NCBI GenBank assembly: GCA_002269645.1
Contig: NIVC01003476.1
Coordinates: 32,098 to 96,097 of the forward strand
Source of the DNA: Macrostomum lignano
Taxonomy: Eukaryota
Length of the DNA: 64,000 nucleotides
Direction: 5' to 3'
Both the position numbers and the translations under genes were made by a program. Positions 1 through 13,489 of the stretch are shown piece by piece. Each line of letters begins with the position of its first letter. The stretch's first letter is position 1. The notes below the pieces were generated by a model, which saw only the letters and a program-made list of their open reading frames with translations, ran no database searches and was not told the DNA's origin.

Positions 1-377
1 TTTATATTAATTTCTACGCCAGTCACCATACATCACACTCTATACCACACTATACATAGCCAAGAAATGTACGCTGGTATATGCCACGGAAATTAAGTGT
101 ATGTTGGAATTTTCTGGTATACACCCCACCATCCGCAAAATGGCATAATAGTAAAGGAAGACCACTTAATGTCTAAATATTGGAAGTTAGATAAGGAAGC
201 AAAAGGTCTGCTGCAAATTGATAACATCAGTAGGATATTTTAAGGTAGGGCCATCCATTAGACCTACTACAATATTTATATAAATATAATAATGCATAGA
301 CCACATAGTATATTGTCACATAGTTGATTTCTAATATAATATAAATGCATACAATATGTGAGGATAAAAGCATACAA

Positions 378-822
378 GGCCAAGCGGGCAATTTCCTAGT
401 TTCGTATATTTACGTGGCATAATCGTGCTAAAGTGACGTGGCACATTATGTAGTCTATGGTTTATGTAGTTTATAGTCTATGGAATAAAGGTCTAAGTGT
501 GATAAGAGCAAAGGCGATGGTGAAAGGAAGGAATTAGCTACAAATATTGAAATTCAAATTAGCTGCAAATATTGAAGCTACAAATATTGAAACTCAAAAC
601 ATAGCTCTAGCTAGTAGACTCTACTACAACACAAGGCCTACTATAGCATTTAATACCCTTTAATACCATTTAAGAAACAAACTATTGACATTATAAACTT
701 TTATTGATGTTTAACCATAAAAGTTCTTAACTTGTTCTGTTGCCCATTTGTTTTTATGCCATGTAAATGCACGATTTCAAACAGAAAATAATTAAATGTG
801 CGAAACTAGGAAATTGCTGGCC
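378..822. mobile_element. MITE/foldback-like element with terminal inverted repeats
   Basis: GCAATTTCCTAGTTTCG at about 388-404 is the exact reverse complement of CGAAACTAGGAAATTGC at 801-817. AT-rich non-coding interior; no clear TSD. Confidence 0.45.
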
Positions 823-2245
823 AAGGGCAACTAGGAAAGTGTCTATAGGTGGTCTAGGTCTATCACATAGTTCCTTTCCCTTGCTTCGTTCGGTTGTAAT
901 TTATTTCAATACAAGTCTACATTTCCTAAGATAAGAAATATAGTCCAGAGTCCTAGTTAGGATAGGTGCACAGTAAGAGAACAGACCTAGATAAAGGCCC
1001 TAATACCTGTTAGCTGTTTGTGTTCAGGCCGCAAATATCTATTAAAAGCTAAAAAGATGCTAGAAATTAGAATGATAATTGCCAACATGTAGTCGATGTA
1101 GATAGGTAAGACTAAGACACAATTCGCTTTATTCTTGGAAACTGGTTGGTGCAGTTGTAGTGAGCTGTATTCCTTGTACATGGCAGTAAGTAGTAGTAGT
1201 AATAGTAATTAAGTTTGGCTCAGGCAAAAAGCCCGTTTGGCCAATATAAGTCGATGATTGTTTAAAAGGTTGGATACCTTTGTTGTTGATGACTGACTGA
1301 CACGATCGATCAAAACTTTACATGCAAATTTCAAATTTTCAGTAATAATATAAAAGTTAATAACAAAAGCCTAAAAAGAAAGTATACGTAATTGTTTAAT
1401 TATAAAATACTTTACAGTGTCTTTATTCAAAAATATTTTTTGTTTGCGCTGCAAGCTTAAACAATTATTCAATATTTTGCTAAATGACAATGTAACTAAA
1501 ATTCAAACAAACGGCATAACGGTTGCAGACTTTCAGACCAGATCAGTTCGAAGCTTTTCATATTGTCTGTTCCGTTTTCAGAAATAGAATCGGTTTCAGA
1601 ACCGTGTTCTGGTTCTGGAATTTGGATCGCGAACTTTTCTCGATCCGTTGTCTTGTTTACACTTTAACAGTATAAAATGTATTTGAAATCGTCTATTTTT
1701 ATTATTGAATATTGTTATTTTATTATTCTGTTTTTTGCCATATCCAAGAGGGAAACAAAGTCAAGACAAAATTAAATTGTGAAGACTGACAAACATAAAA
1801 TGGGTTCGAAGGGAATCGAAGCTTTTCATTTTCCTACCGATTCTGGTTCTGGAATCGAAATTATTCTGGTTCTAGAACCAATCTTCGTGAGAAGTCTATA
1901 AATAAAAATCTGTTTGGCAGTTTTTGGGCGCTTTTTATAAGAAGTTAAGAACTACTACTACTAGGCCTACTAAAGCCAAAATTTCACGAAAACGTCAAAA
2001 AGCTAATTTTTAATATTCAATTATGAAGTTTTGGGTTTATGAGGTTTAGGAAATTTAATCATTGATTGTGAAGCATAGTCTAGTGGGTATTTTGAGTTTT
2101 GTTTTTGCAAAATTTTAGTGTTAGACCTATGAAATAAATGGCTTGCTGATAAGTGATGACATGTGATGTGACATGTCGCAGTAATGGCTTTCTTTACTTA
2201 ACATTTCTCAAAAGAGATATAGAATACTTTTCTAAAGTTGATAGG

Positions 2246-2519
2246 CATACATGCGCAACAGTCGGCCAAGTCGGCCGATCCGGCCGACCGATTTGGCGGC
2301 CAACCAAGGAAGTCGCAAAAATGCCCACCTGAAAAAATACCAAAGTAGTAGTACTAAGTAGCTGACGAGGCATTTTGACTTAATAAGACAGTCATAGTTA
2401 CTCCTGCCGTTTACCCAAAGTAGCGTTAATTTCGTGTTAGGGTTTTTTTACATGTAAGTCGCATTTTTGTTAAAACTAAGTCGCATGGCCGACCGAATTT
2501 TGGAGGTTGCGCATGTATG
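2246..2519. mobile_element. hAT-like MITE, copy 1
   Basis: 14-bp perfect TIR CATACATGCGCAAC / GTTGCGCATGTATG, flanked on both sides by the 8-bp direct repeat TTGATAGG (2238-2245 and 2520-2527). Confidence 0.85.
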
Positions 2520-2631
2520 TTGATAGGTAATGTTAGGTTAATTTCATCTTGTTTGCATTATGTATACACTATAGAGTCCATAGGTTTTCCGGGTTTTTGG
2601 TGCTATTAGGTGGCCTATGGGCTATGGCATT

Positions 2632-2929
2632 CTTTACATGCGCAACAGTCGGCCGATCTAGCCAACCAATTTGGCGCAAATTGGCAGCCAACCAAGGAAG
2701 TCACAAAAATGCCCACCTGAAAAAACACCAAGTAGTAGTACTAAGTAGCTGATGAGGCATTTTGGCTTTTTAAGACAGTCATAGTTACTCCTGCCATTTA
2801 CCTAAAGTTGCGTTAATTTTACTTTAGGGTTTTTTACATGTAAGTCTCATTTTTGGCTAAAAAATATGTCACATTTTTGTTGAAACTAAGTTGCATAGCT
2901 GACTGAATTTTGGAGGCTGCGCATGTATG
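2632..2929. mobile_element. hAT-like MITE, copy 2
   Basis: Same internal sequence as 2246-2519, near-identical TIRs, and a different 8-bp TSD ATGGCATT (2624-2631 and 2930-2937). Confidence 0.85.
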
Positions 2930-2940
2930 ATGGCATTGAT

Positions 2941-3636
2941 GTACATAACTTTGCCCAAATCAAATGGTTTTTACTGACATTAAACTGCCATTATAATTTA
3001 TATAGCAGGAGTGGGTTGGCTGCATACTAGGTGACAAACACAATAGGTTGGCTGACCAAGGGGTGAAGGCGTGAAGCCAGAGGAATAGATAAGTCATAAT
3101 GTGGAATCATGCGATGCTATTTGCTTAGTTTGTTATACAAATTGGCTATATCCTACATGTACATTTTTTAAACATTGGTTTAATGTCAATAAAAACCCAT
3201 TGGCGATCTTCTAGTTTGTTTTGCAATATTATTTTTGAGTTTGAAATGGTGCATCAACATAGTGAAACAACAGAAAATGGTAGGCCTAGTACTTCTACTT
3301 GGCTAGCCAGTTGATAGTTGAGCAGGTATCATATGTTGCTTTGTACATATCATACAGAGGAAAGGCCTAGATTGTTAGGTTCAGCAATTTTGCCGCAGGC
3401 CATACCTCGTTTGGTGGCAGAATAAAACTTGGTGCTGCTGGTTGACTAGCCATGTTAAAGAAATTCGTGTAAATACAAGAGCAAGAGTCTAAGTAAAGTC
3501 AGTGAAATCAAAATGTCTTTAACAGTGCTATTTCGCGCGTTTAATTATGTTGATATACCATTTCAAACTCAAAAATAATATCGCGAAACAAACTGGAAGA
3601 TTGCTGCCAACCAATTGGCCAAAGTTATTTGTATAT
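2941..3636. mobile_element. Foldback/MITE-like element with long imperfect inverted repeats
   Basis: About 3203-3261 is an imperfect reverse complement of about 3547-3605. The outer arms at about 2941-2958 and 3618-3636 are also complementary. Confidence 0.4.
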
Positions 3637-4987
3637 AGCATTGTGAAATCTTGGTTTAGTAAAATATAGGGTTTATAAAATTTCAATGTTGTGAAATTTT
3701 GATGTTATAAAGTTTTGACCATAAAAAACTGTTTTGAAATTATAAAATCACTTTTATAGAATGACCCTAAAATTAGATTTTGGCATTGCCATTGTTATTG
3801 TTATGATAGCTATATAATATTATAAATAGAGAGATGGTTATTTTTATGGTCAACACAAAATATTATCTAAATAAAGCGAAAAAATTGCTGTGCAAATAAT
3901 AAAAGAGAGTTAAATTAAAGAAATAAGTGTTATTAATATATTTAGCTGTCTATAGTGATTCTTGTCATTGTTCCAACTTTAGCTAGCTTTTTTAGGTTTT
4001 TGTTAACTAATTAGTGTACATAAAATATATTTTCCAGGACCATAAAAATAGCTATTTTTCTTCTTAAGCATAATAACTATATAAATAAGTTTTGCTATTT
4101 ATACAGTTATGATTTTTATAGGTAGAGATATTAAGACTTAAGTTAAAACCTAAAGCCCAAATGCCAAATAGTGTCCTATGCATTGACCATCAAAGTAACA
4201 ATTTTGCTATTTATATAGTCACTGTAATAATAACAACTGCCTTAGATTTTAGTATATGTAATACATAGCTATACCATACTATAGACAGTAAGGGTAATGC
4301 ATTATCTATATAAGAAAAGAAGATAGTTATTAAAAACAACTTTTCAATTTTTATGCCAAAGGATAGCTATCTAATTAAGATATCAATCAGTATAGTATAT
4401 ATATATATAATATCCTATTCTATATTGTTTGCACTAGAAATTTAAGTTAGTTAGCTTATAAGCTTTAGTATAAGCTATGACCCAAAAATTTCTTTAGAAT
4501 ACAGTATCTTGACTCAAGACCTAACTATAGATATATATAACTATAGATATATAAAACAATGACATAGCATAGCTAAAAAGCCATTGTATATGAGAATAAT
4601 CTATAAAAATGTACTTTTAACTTGTGAATATTACTGTATTAGGCTTATACTTTTTAAGCACTAAATCAAATTTTAATTATTTTCCTATAGACTAATTTCC
4701 TTTTATAGTCTGTTCCTAATAGTTCATATGTATCCCACACTTTTCATGATTAATGTCATGATTTCATAATTAACTAATATTTTCTTGCAGTTTGCATAGC
4801 ATGGCAACATAGCATGGCTACAAGGCCATTCTATGTGTAAATATAAAATATATACTTTTAACTAGTGAGTATTAGGCTTATAAGTCAATTCAGAGTCAAT
4901 TTTGAAATTAAAACAATTGAACATTTTAGGAACAACAAATGCCATATCATTATCAGTGACAAAATAGAGATATTTTGGTCAAAAGAC

Positions 4988-5253
4988 CATACATGTGCAA
5001 TACCTAGTCAATCTGGCTGGCTAGCAAGGGGCAAAATCAAGGTAAATTGCAAAAATGCCTACCCCAAAAAACTAATATAGTACTAATTAGATGATAAGGC
5101 ATTTACACTTGATAATAAAGTTATAGTTACTCCTGCCATTTATCCAAAATCATGTTAATTTTGTTTCAGGGTTTTTTCATAGGTAAGTCATATTTTTGGG
5201 TCAAAAAGTAAGTTGCATAGCAAGTTTAAGTCAGGGGAGGTCGTGTATATATG
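4988..5253. mobile_element. hAT-like MITE, older degraded copy 3
   Basis: Starts CATACATGTGCAA and shares the internal segments AAAAATGCC.ACC and ATAGTTACTCCTGCC with copies 1 and 2. Right TIR is eroded. Confidence 0.65.
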
Positions 5254-6099
5254 CATAAGTCCATAATAAAAATGTATAAATATGAAAAAAAAAATTTACA
5301 TTATAAGTAAAATTGTAATTAAAAATTACAAAAATGTATTTTTATCCTTTTACTAATCAATGATTTGGTAAATCAACTTGGCCTAGCACTTGGCTCTCCA
5401 TTGCAGCCAATGTCTAAACTGTGTAGTCAGACCATGTCTGCACTTCTAAAGGTTCATATATGTTAAATGCTATTTGCAATAATGTCCATTGGCTGCAATA
5501 GGTACTAGGCTAGTGTTCCGCCGTAAGGAGGGTCCATGTACCATAGCCATAGCTGTAAGCAAAGCAACACTATACTAGGCTTATTGTAGCAATCAGTTAA
5601 AAGGGAAAAACGGGGGGGGGGTATATGCTAGATGCTTAGTTTAATGACTTTTTGTGATAAGTGTAAATAGTTCATTCAACATTTTATTGTGAAAATATAT
5701 TAGGTATAACTTTGTAGCCTATGCTACACAGATAGAGTAGGTCCCAGCATTACTGAGCATGAAAATGGCAAGTGCTACTGAGTGCAAAAGCCAAGCAAAT
5801 ATTCCCCAAAAGAGCTAGCATAGTATGCCACAGCTGAAATGTTATATTTCAATAAGAGCCTATAAGAACATATAAGGTCTATATACAAGTAGATTTTTTT
5901 ATCATTTGTATATTTAAAAAATTAACATATGTTATTAATTTGATAATATATTTTTATAATTGTATATTTACTTACCAATTATTAATTCAATCATATTGTT
6001 CACTGAAACACTATATATACACCAAGTCTAGATGTATAATGTAAATAAATAAATTACAGCTACTTATCATCAACACAGTGTGCCATCAGTTATAACAAA

Positions 6100-7923
6100 A
6101 TGAAAGTTGTTGGTTTGGTTAGTGGTGGCAAAGATAGCTGCTACAATATGATTGAATGTGTCAGATCTGGTCACCAGATTGTTGCATTAGCTCATCTCTA
6201 TCCACCTAGTGGAGCAGAAATGGATAGCTTTATGTATCAAACAGTTGGCAGCGAGGCTGTGGCACTCTATGCTAAAGCTACTGGTTTGCCACTGTATACT
6301 CGGCCTATTGTGGGCGAGTCTAGGGATACTGGTTCTGCCGATCACTATGCTGTAAGTGCTCTGTCTGGCTTTAGAATTGTTTAATAACTGGAGTTTGCTA
6401 TAGTATTTTGTCTTTTACAGACTTAAATGCCTGCATTCTCTATACTGTGTCAATTTAAGTGTATTAATTTACCTCATCATATTATTCATTAGTACGAGCG
6501 TAAGCGCCATTTCCATATGGTCATTCAGTGACTGCCACCTCCCTTCGCTCATTCAGTGAGTGCCATTTTCCTTAGGTCATTTAGTGAGTGCCATTTCCCT
6601 TAGGTCATTTAGCGAGTGCCATTTCCCTTAGGTCATTTAGCGAGTGCCATTTCCCTTAGGTCATTTAGTGAGTGCTATTTTTATAAGGTCATTTAGTGAG
6701 TGTCATTTCCCTTAGGTCATTCAGTGAGTGCCATTTACCTAAGGTAATTCAGTAAGTGCCATTTACTTAAGGTAATTCAGTAAGTGCCATTTCCCTTGGG
6801 TCATTTAGCGAGTGCCATTTCCCTTGGGTCATTTAGCGAGTGCCATTTCCCTTAGGTCATTTAGTGAGTGCCATTTCCCTTGGGTCATTTAGTGAGTGCC
6901 ATTTCCCTTAGGTCATTTAGCGAGTGCCATTTCCCTTAGGTCATTTAGTGAGTGCCATTTCTATAAGGTTATTTAGTGAGTGTCATTTCCCTTAGGTCAT
7001 TCAGTGAGTGCCATTTACCTAAGGTAATTCAGTAAGTACCATTTACTTACGGTAATTCAGTAAGTGCCATTTCCCTTGGGTCATTTAGCGAGTGCCATTT
7101 CCCTTAGGTCATTTAGCGAGTTGCCATTTACCTTAGGTCATTTAGCGAGTGCCATTTCCCTTAGGTCATTTAGTGAGTGCCATTTCCCTTAGGTCATTTA
7201 GCGAGTGCCATTTCCCTTAGGTCATTTAGCGAGTGCCATTTCCCTTAGGTCATTTAGTGAGTGCCATTTCCCTTGGGTCATTTAGTAAGTGCCATTTCCC
7301 TTAGGTCATTTAGCGATTGCCATTTCCCTTAGGTCATTTAGTGAGTGCCATTTCCTTTAGGTCATTCAGTGAGTGCTATTTCCCTAAGGTCATTCAATGA
7401 GTTCCATTTCCGTAAGGTCACTAACTTTAAAACACTTTGACAGTCCTCCAGAAATTCGGGCGACAGCGAGGACGAAGTCGAAGACCTCTATAAACTCCTG
7501 GCCGAGGTGAAAGCCGGCATCCCTGGCCTTCAAGCCGTTTCAGTTGGGGCCATTCTGTCTAATTACCAGCGGGTCCGGGTTGAGTCCGTGTGCGAGCGGC
7601 TCGACCTGCAGGTGCTCGCCTTTCTGTGGCGTCGGGATCAGGTCTGCTTTTTTTCTGTTTTTCTCTGTTTTTCCTCAATTTTCTGTCTGTTTTGTTGTCT
7701 GTTTTTGTCTCTGCCAGTTAATATATATCTGTTTTTGTGTATGTCTGTCTGTTTTTGCTTGTTTGTTTGTCTGTCTCTAGCTGTCTGCCTGTCTTTGTCT
7801 GTTTTTGTGTCCGTCTGTCTGTCTATCTGTCTGTCTTTCTGTATGTCTGTCTGTCTGTCTGTCTGTCTGTCTGCCTGTCTTTCTCTATGTCTGTCTGTCT
7901 GTCTGTCTGTCTTTCTGTATGTA

Positions 7924-7980
<57 letters not shown>

Positions 7981-8123
7981 TTCTGTATGTCTGTCTGTCT
8001 GTCTGTCTGTCTGTCTTTCTGTATGTCTGTCTGTCTGTCTGTCTGTCTTTCTGAATGTCTGTCTGTCTGTCTGTCTTTCTGTATGTATGTCTGTCTGTCT
8101 GTCTGTCTGTCTTTCTGTATGTA

Positions 8124-8166
<43 letters not shown>

Positions 8167-8251
8167 CTGTCTGTCTGTCTTTCTGTATGTCTGTCTGTCT
8201 GTCTGTCTGTCTTTCTGAATGTCTGTCTGTCTGTCTGTCTTTCTGTATGTA

Positions 8252-8294
<43 letters not shown>

Positions 8295-8569
8295 CTGTCT
8301 GTCTGTCTTTCTGTATGTCTGTCTGTCTGTCTGTCTGTCTTTCTGTATGTCTGTCTGTCTGTCTGTCTTTCTGAATGTCTGTCTGTCTGTCTGTCTGTCT
8401 TTCTGTATGTCTGTCTGTCTGTCTGTCTGTCTGTCTTTCTGTATGTCTGTCTATCTGTCTGTCTTTCTGAATGTCTGTCTGTCTGTCTGTCTGTCTTTCT
8501 GAATGTCTGTCTGTCTGTCTGTCTTTCTGTATGTATGTCTGTCTGTCTATCTGTCTGTCTTTCTGTCTA

Positions 8570-8608
<39 letters not shown>

Positions 8609-11600
8609 GTCTGTCTTTCTGTCTATCCGTCTTAGTCTCCGTCACAAAATATTTGTCTTGTCTGCTTTAGTCTGTTTAGTATTATCAGTCTGTCTGTGAT
8701 GTATCTGCGTCTGTAGATGTACATTAGTTTGCTTGTTATGCGCACCTTTCGGCTTCTATCTGTGCATTTCTGTGCATTGCATTTGTCCCAGTCTTGCGAG
8801 TCCATTCAGTGTCGCTGTGAACACATCTCCAGACCGAGCTGCTAGAAGAGATGCTCTTCAGCGACTTAGACGCCATCCTCATCAAAGTGGCCGCCTACGG
8901 CCTGTCGCCAAAGCGCCATCTGGGTCGCCGCCTTGCCGACATTCGCGACGAACTTGTGCGCCTGGCCGCTCCGGCCGCCGGCGGCCTGAGTCCGTGCGGC
9001 GAGGGCGGCGAATATGAGACCCTGGCGTTGGACTGTCCTCTGTTTAAGCACGGCCGAATTGTGCTTGACAACGGGCACTTGACTGCGGCGGGTACGGATA
9101 GTAGGGTGGTTGTGCATAGCGACGATGCTTTTGCTCCGGTGTGCTATTTGAAGCTGACTGGCTGTTGTCGGCTTGGCGAGCCCAATGTAAGTTTGATGGT
9201 TGTATTTCCTAATTTAGCTGAATCCACGGTATCTCAGTGTAGCTTGGCTGTGATTGGTGCAGATTCAATCTAATTTGGGAGTATCTCAGTGTAGCTTAGC
9301 TGTGATTGGTGCAGATTCAATCTAATTTGGGAGTATCTCAGTGTAGCTTGGCTGTGATTGGTGCAGATTCAATCTAATTTGGGAGTATCTCAGTGTAGCT
9401 TAGCTGTGATTGGTGCAGACTCAATCTAATTTGGGAGATCTCAGTGTAGCTTGACTGTGATAGGTGCAGATTCAATCTAATTTGGGAGTATCTCAGTGTA
9501 GCTTGACTGTAATAGGTGCAGACTCAATCTAATTTGGGAGTATCTCAGTGTAGCTTGGCTGTGATTGGTGCAGATTCAATCTAATTTGGGAGTATCTCAG
9601 TGTAGCTTAGCTGTGATTGGTGCAGATTCAATCTAATTTGGGAGTATCTCAGTGTAGCTTGGCTGTGATTGGTGCAGATTCAATCTAATTTGGGAGTATC
9701 TCAGTGTAGCTTAGCTGTGATTGGTGCAGATTCAATCTAATTTGGGAGTATCTCAGTGTAGCTTGGCTGTGATTGGTGCAGATTCAATCTAATTTGGGAG
9801 TATCTCAGTGTAGCTTAGCTGTGATTGGTGCAGACTCAATCTAATTTGGGAGATCTCAGTGTAGCTTGACTGTGATAGGTGCAGATTCAATCTAATTTGG
9901 GAGTATCTCAGTGTAGCTTGACTGTAATAGGTGCAGACTCAATCTAATTTGGAGTATCTCAGTGTAGCTTGACTGTAATAGGTGCAGACTCAATCTAATT
10001 TGGGAGATCTCAGTGTAGCTTGACTGTAATAGGTGCAGACTCAATCTAATTTGGGAGTATCTCAGTGTAGCTTGACTGTAATAGGTGCAGACTCAATCTA
10101 ATTTGGGAGATCTCAGTGTAGCTTGACTGTAATAGGTGCAGATTCAATCTAATTTGGGAGTATCTCAGTGTAGCTTGACTGTAATAGGTGCAGACTCAAT
10201 CTAATTTGGGAGATCTCAGTGTAGCTTGACTGTAATAGGTGCAGATTCAATCTAATTTGGGAGTATCTCAGTGTAGCTTGACTGTAATAGGTGCAGACTC
10301 AATCTAATTTAGGAGATCTCAGTGTAGCTTGACTGTAATAGGTGCAGACTCAATCTAATTTGGGAGTATCTCAGTGTAGCTTGACTGTAATAGGTGCAGA
10401 CTCAATCTAATTTGGGAGTATCTCAGTGTAGCTTGACTGTAATAGGTGCAGACTCAATCTAATTTGGGAGATCTCAGTGTAGCTTGACTGTAATAGGTGC
10501 AGACTCAATCTAATTTGGGAGATCTCAGTGTAGCTTGACTGTAATAGGTGCAGACTCAATCTAATTTGGGAGTATCTCAGTGTAGCTTGACTGTAATAGG
10601 TGCAGACTCAATCTAATTTGGGAGATCTCAGTGTAGCTTGACTGTAATAGGTGCAGACTCAATCTAATTTGGGAGTATCTCAGTGTAGCTTGACTGTAAT
10701 AGGTGCAGACTCAATCTAATTTGGGAGATCTCAGTGTAGCTCAGTTGTGATTTGTGCAGACTCAATCTGTACTATTATATACTTTGTTTCTGATAAAATT
10801 GATCACTATTCTCAGGCTGGTCTCGAAGAGTTCAGTGCAAAGCAACTGTCGCCTATCGATCGCATATCGCCCGCTGTAATCGAACGAGAATTTCAAATTG
10901 ACGCCAAAAACTATCCCAATTCACGCGGAGGTTCTTTGTATTGTGATGATGATTCAAACGATTTGCCTTCATTGAGATTGTCAGTTATCAATGTTCAAGT
11001 TGCTGAACAAAGCGGCGAGATCTCAGCTACTGAGATGGCCAAGTTATTGATGTCGAAAGCTAATGCTGCAATCCAGGCTGCTGGAGGTGAGCAATCGGCT
11101 GAGATGCGACCTCTGCTGTGTGTTTTGACAGTAAGTTATAGTTTATGTCGTTGGTTTACACATTGTTTATTGATTGAAGGGTGTTTGTAGCTTAGTGTTT
11201 AGAGCGTTTGACTCAGGACTGAAAGGTCGTGGGTTCGATTCTTGACCCAATAGGAACAATTTGTGCCCTTATCGAGCAAGACGCTTAACTCTGCATTGCT
11301 TCAGTTGCTTCAAAATGGGGTAATCTAGAATAAACTGGGGTAATTGAGGTTGTGTGTGGCGACCCTTCAGTCCTTGGACTAAATAGCCGTAAGCAGCTTT
11401 CAGATGCACCGCGTAATAGCTGCGACTGAGCTGTCGGTTGCACATTATCTTTTCATTAAAGCTGGTTTAATCAAGTATTATAGTTATTATTGAGTGCTCA
11501 ACTGTTTCTTAATTTTCCAAACCCCCAAAGCCTACAAAGCCTCACTGCTAACGTTTCCGCTAGTGAAAACTACTCATAGTAGTTTAATTAAAAAAACTGC

Positions 11601-12601
11601 TTATCCTTAGAATTTTTTTATTTCTTAGAAATCGTTCTCCTTGGTTTTTCGTTTTCATCAAGCAGTGCAACAACGATCGTATACTCGCTCACACAGGGTG
11701 TACAGCACAATAAGCCTTGAATTAAAAACCATTCCAGGTGCCAGACATGTCATCATTCGCGTTAGTCAACTCTGTCTATGGTTCGCCAGAGCTCGGCTTT
11801 GCCAGCCGGCCGGGCTATCGATCGCCGCCAGCGCGAGCTTGCGTTGAATTGGCAACAGCAGCGTCTGAAGTGATGTCGGCTTCAATCCTAGTCTTAGAAG
11901 AGGATAAGGGATCCGATGCCTCAACAGTGGCCGCTATGCACGTGCGCAGCCGGAGTCACTGGGCCCCGGCCAACATTGGTCCGTATAGTCAGTGTATTGC
12001 ATTAGCTAATCATCGATTGTTATTAATATCCGGTCAGATTGCTATGGATCCGGCTACGCTGGAGATTCCACTAGGCTCCAGTGCTCAATGGCAAGCCGAT
12101 CTGTCCTTGCGTCATACTCTACGAGTAGCCCGTGCCAATGGTTACCAAGGACGCTTTGGTAGTGGTAGTAAAGACTGTAGTTTGTTTATCTGCTTTGGTT
12201 TAGATGCCGACTGTCTGTCTGCCGGTGTTGATAGCTTTCAACGATTGATCTGTCGGGAAAATCCCAGTCGTCTAGTGCTGCCTGCACTCTGCACCGGTCT
12301 GCCTAAAGGTGCCAAAGTTGAATGGCTCACCTTTTTAGTTAATGCCAACGATGATACATTAACGACTAGCATTGAATATGTTGACGAATTGGATGATGTC
12401 ACGACGCTAATTTCCCGTTGGCAACGAGGTGCTAAAAATAGTCTGGCAGTGTGTCTGGTCAATGAGACTGCACTAGCTGGGAGGAGCTACGATCTATCAT
12501 CAAACATTGCTGGCTGTCCTGTACTGCAGATCCGTTGCCATGGGTTTCTAAGCCAACGGTATGGCAACTCTGCTGCCGTTGTTGCTAGGCTGAATTTCTA
12601 A
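6100..12601 (+). CDS. DPH6: Diphthine--ammonia ligase with C-terminal RidA/YjgF domains; 5 exons, about 660 aa
   Basis: Exons 6100-6351, 7444-7641, 8833-9186, 10816-11130, 11738-12601, all GT-AG and phase 0. Motifs: SGGKDS PP-loop, [52 protein letters not shown]. RidA-like segments [41 protein letters not shown]. Confidence 0.95.
6530..7420. repeat. 28-bp minisatellite GAGTGCCATTTCCCTTAGGTCATTTAG(C/T), DPH6 intron 1
   Basis: Period 28 read directly; about 30 copies; ends next to the branch-point-like CTAAC at 7421. Confidence 0.95.
7740..8640. repeat. (TCTG)n microsatellite, DPH6 intron 2
   Basis: Interrupted tetranucleotide array; source of the spurious SVCL-repeat ORFs. Confidence 0.97.
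9230..10770. repeat. 52-bp minisatellite, DPH6 intron 3
   Basis: Unit GTATCTCAGTGTAGCTTGGCTGTGATTGGTGCAGATTCAATCTAATTTGGGA, about 29 copies. Variant units (GTGATT versus GTAATA) occur in blocks. Confidence 0.97.
11180..11420 (+). mobile_element. tRNA-headed SINE with CORE-like central domain, DPH6 intron 4
   Basis: A-box-like TAGCTTAGTG at about 11188 and B-box GGTTCGATTC at 11232-11241. Then CCCTTATCGAGCAAGACGCTTAACTCTGC..CAGTTGCTTCAAAATGGGGTAAT, resembling the MIR/CORE-SINE core as recalled from memory. Confidence 0.6.
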
Positions 12602-12820
12602 ATCAGCTAGCTTGAAGGTCGTTTGTTTGTTATTAGCATTTTTGACTTGAATTTTGAATGTTAATACTGTTATTACTATTTATTGATATTTTAAATATGG
12701 TGCAATATAAATTAATAAATACAATTGATTTAGTCTTCCTCTAATAGTGATTTTGTTTTTTTTTATTACAATATGATCTTTTCATTTATTTAGTTTGAAG
12801 CCAATTTTTTAGGGTGAGAA

Positions 12821-13144
12821 GGGTCCGTAGATCAGTAGTCTAGCGCGGCGTTCGGACGTGCCAGCGGCCCAGGCTCGATTCCATTAATTTGGGGCTGAAT
12901 TGGAATCTCGGCTTGGCTCTGCTCATGCAATTAACGACCCTGAGGCCCAACCCCCCAAGGCACAGTGAGGTGTACATGCATAGGGCCGCTGTACACTCCT
13001 GTGTGAGTGTGTGCCTGCGTACGTATCCGAGCGCTTGTGTGCCTGCTCAGGGGAGTCGGCAGAATGGGCAGTAATGGCTCTCGCCGGTTGTGTGACAATG
13101 TCGCTTAAAGTGCGCCAGGTGCACACAGGCCCCCCTGACTCTAA
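12821..13144 (+). mobile_element. tRNA-headed SINE-like element (family 2)
   Basis: A-box-like TAGATCAGTAG and B-box GGCTCGATTCC (12872-12882). Its 3' part recurs inverted at 48273-48426. Confidence 0.65.
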
Positions 13145-13489
13145 GAAAGTATAGCGTGGGAAGTAAGTTTTCGTTCTCTGAGTTTTAAAAAAAGATTTTT
13201 GAAAACAAAATAAGCTCGTTATTGTATCAGAATAAGTAGAGAACTTGGTTCGTATGTAAATATGATTAGTTTTTTGCAGCGGGTCACTTCACTCTTATTT
13301 CCGATCCACGGTTAACGTCAGCCAGGCGAGACCAGAACTAGTTAATTAATTGCTTATTGAATTTAATTATAGTAGACAGACTGAAGTTGACAAAATAACT
13401 GCTTGATCTGTACGGTTAGACAGCCTATAATGTGGATAAAACATGCAGACGGATCAGCAAACTTTGAACTAAATAACATCCAAACTTCA

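Noticed and set aside
7642-8699. Long ORFs of SVCL repeats (7507-8502, 7805-8218, 8055-8699)
   Set aside because: These are translations of the (TCTG)n intron microsatellite; only 7444-7641 is a real DPH6 exon.
11180-12890. Possible tRNA genes at about 11180-11255 and about 12821-12885
   Set aside because: A and B boxes are present, but there is no convincing acceptor stem or cloverleaf and no poly-T terminator. Both continue into SINE-like bodies.
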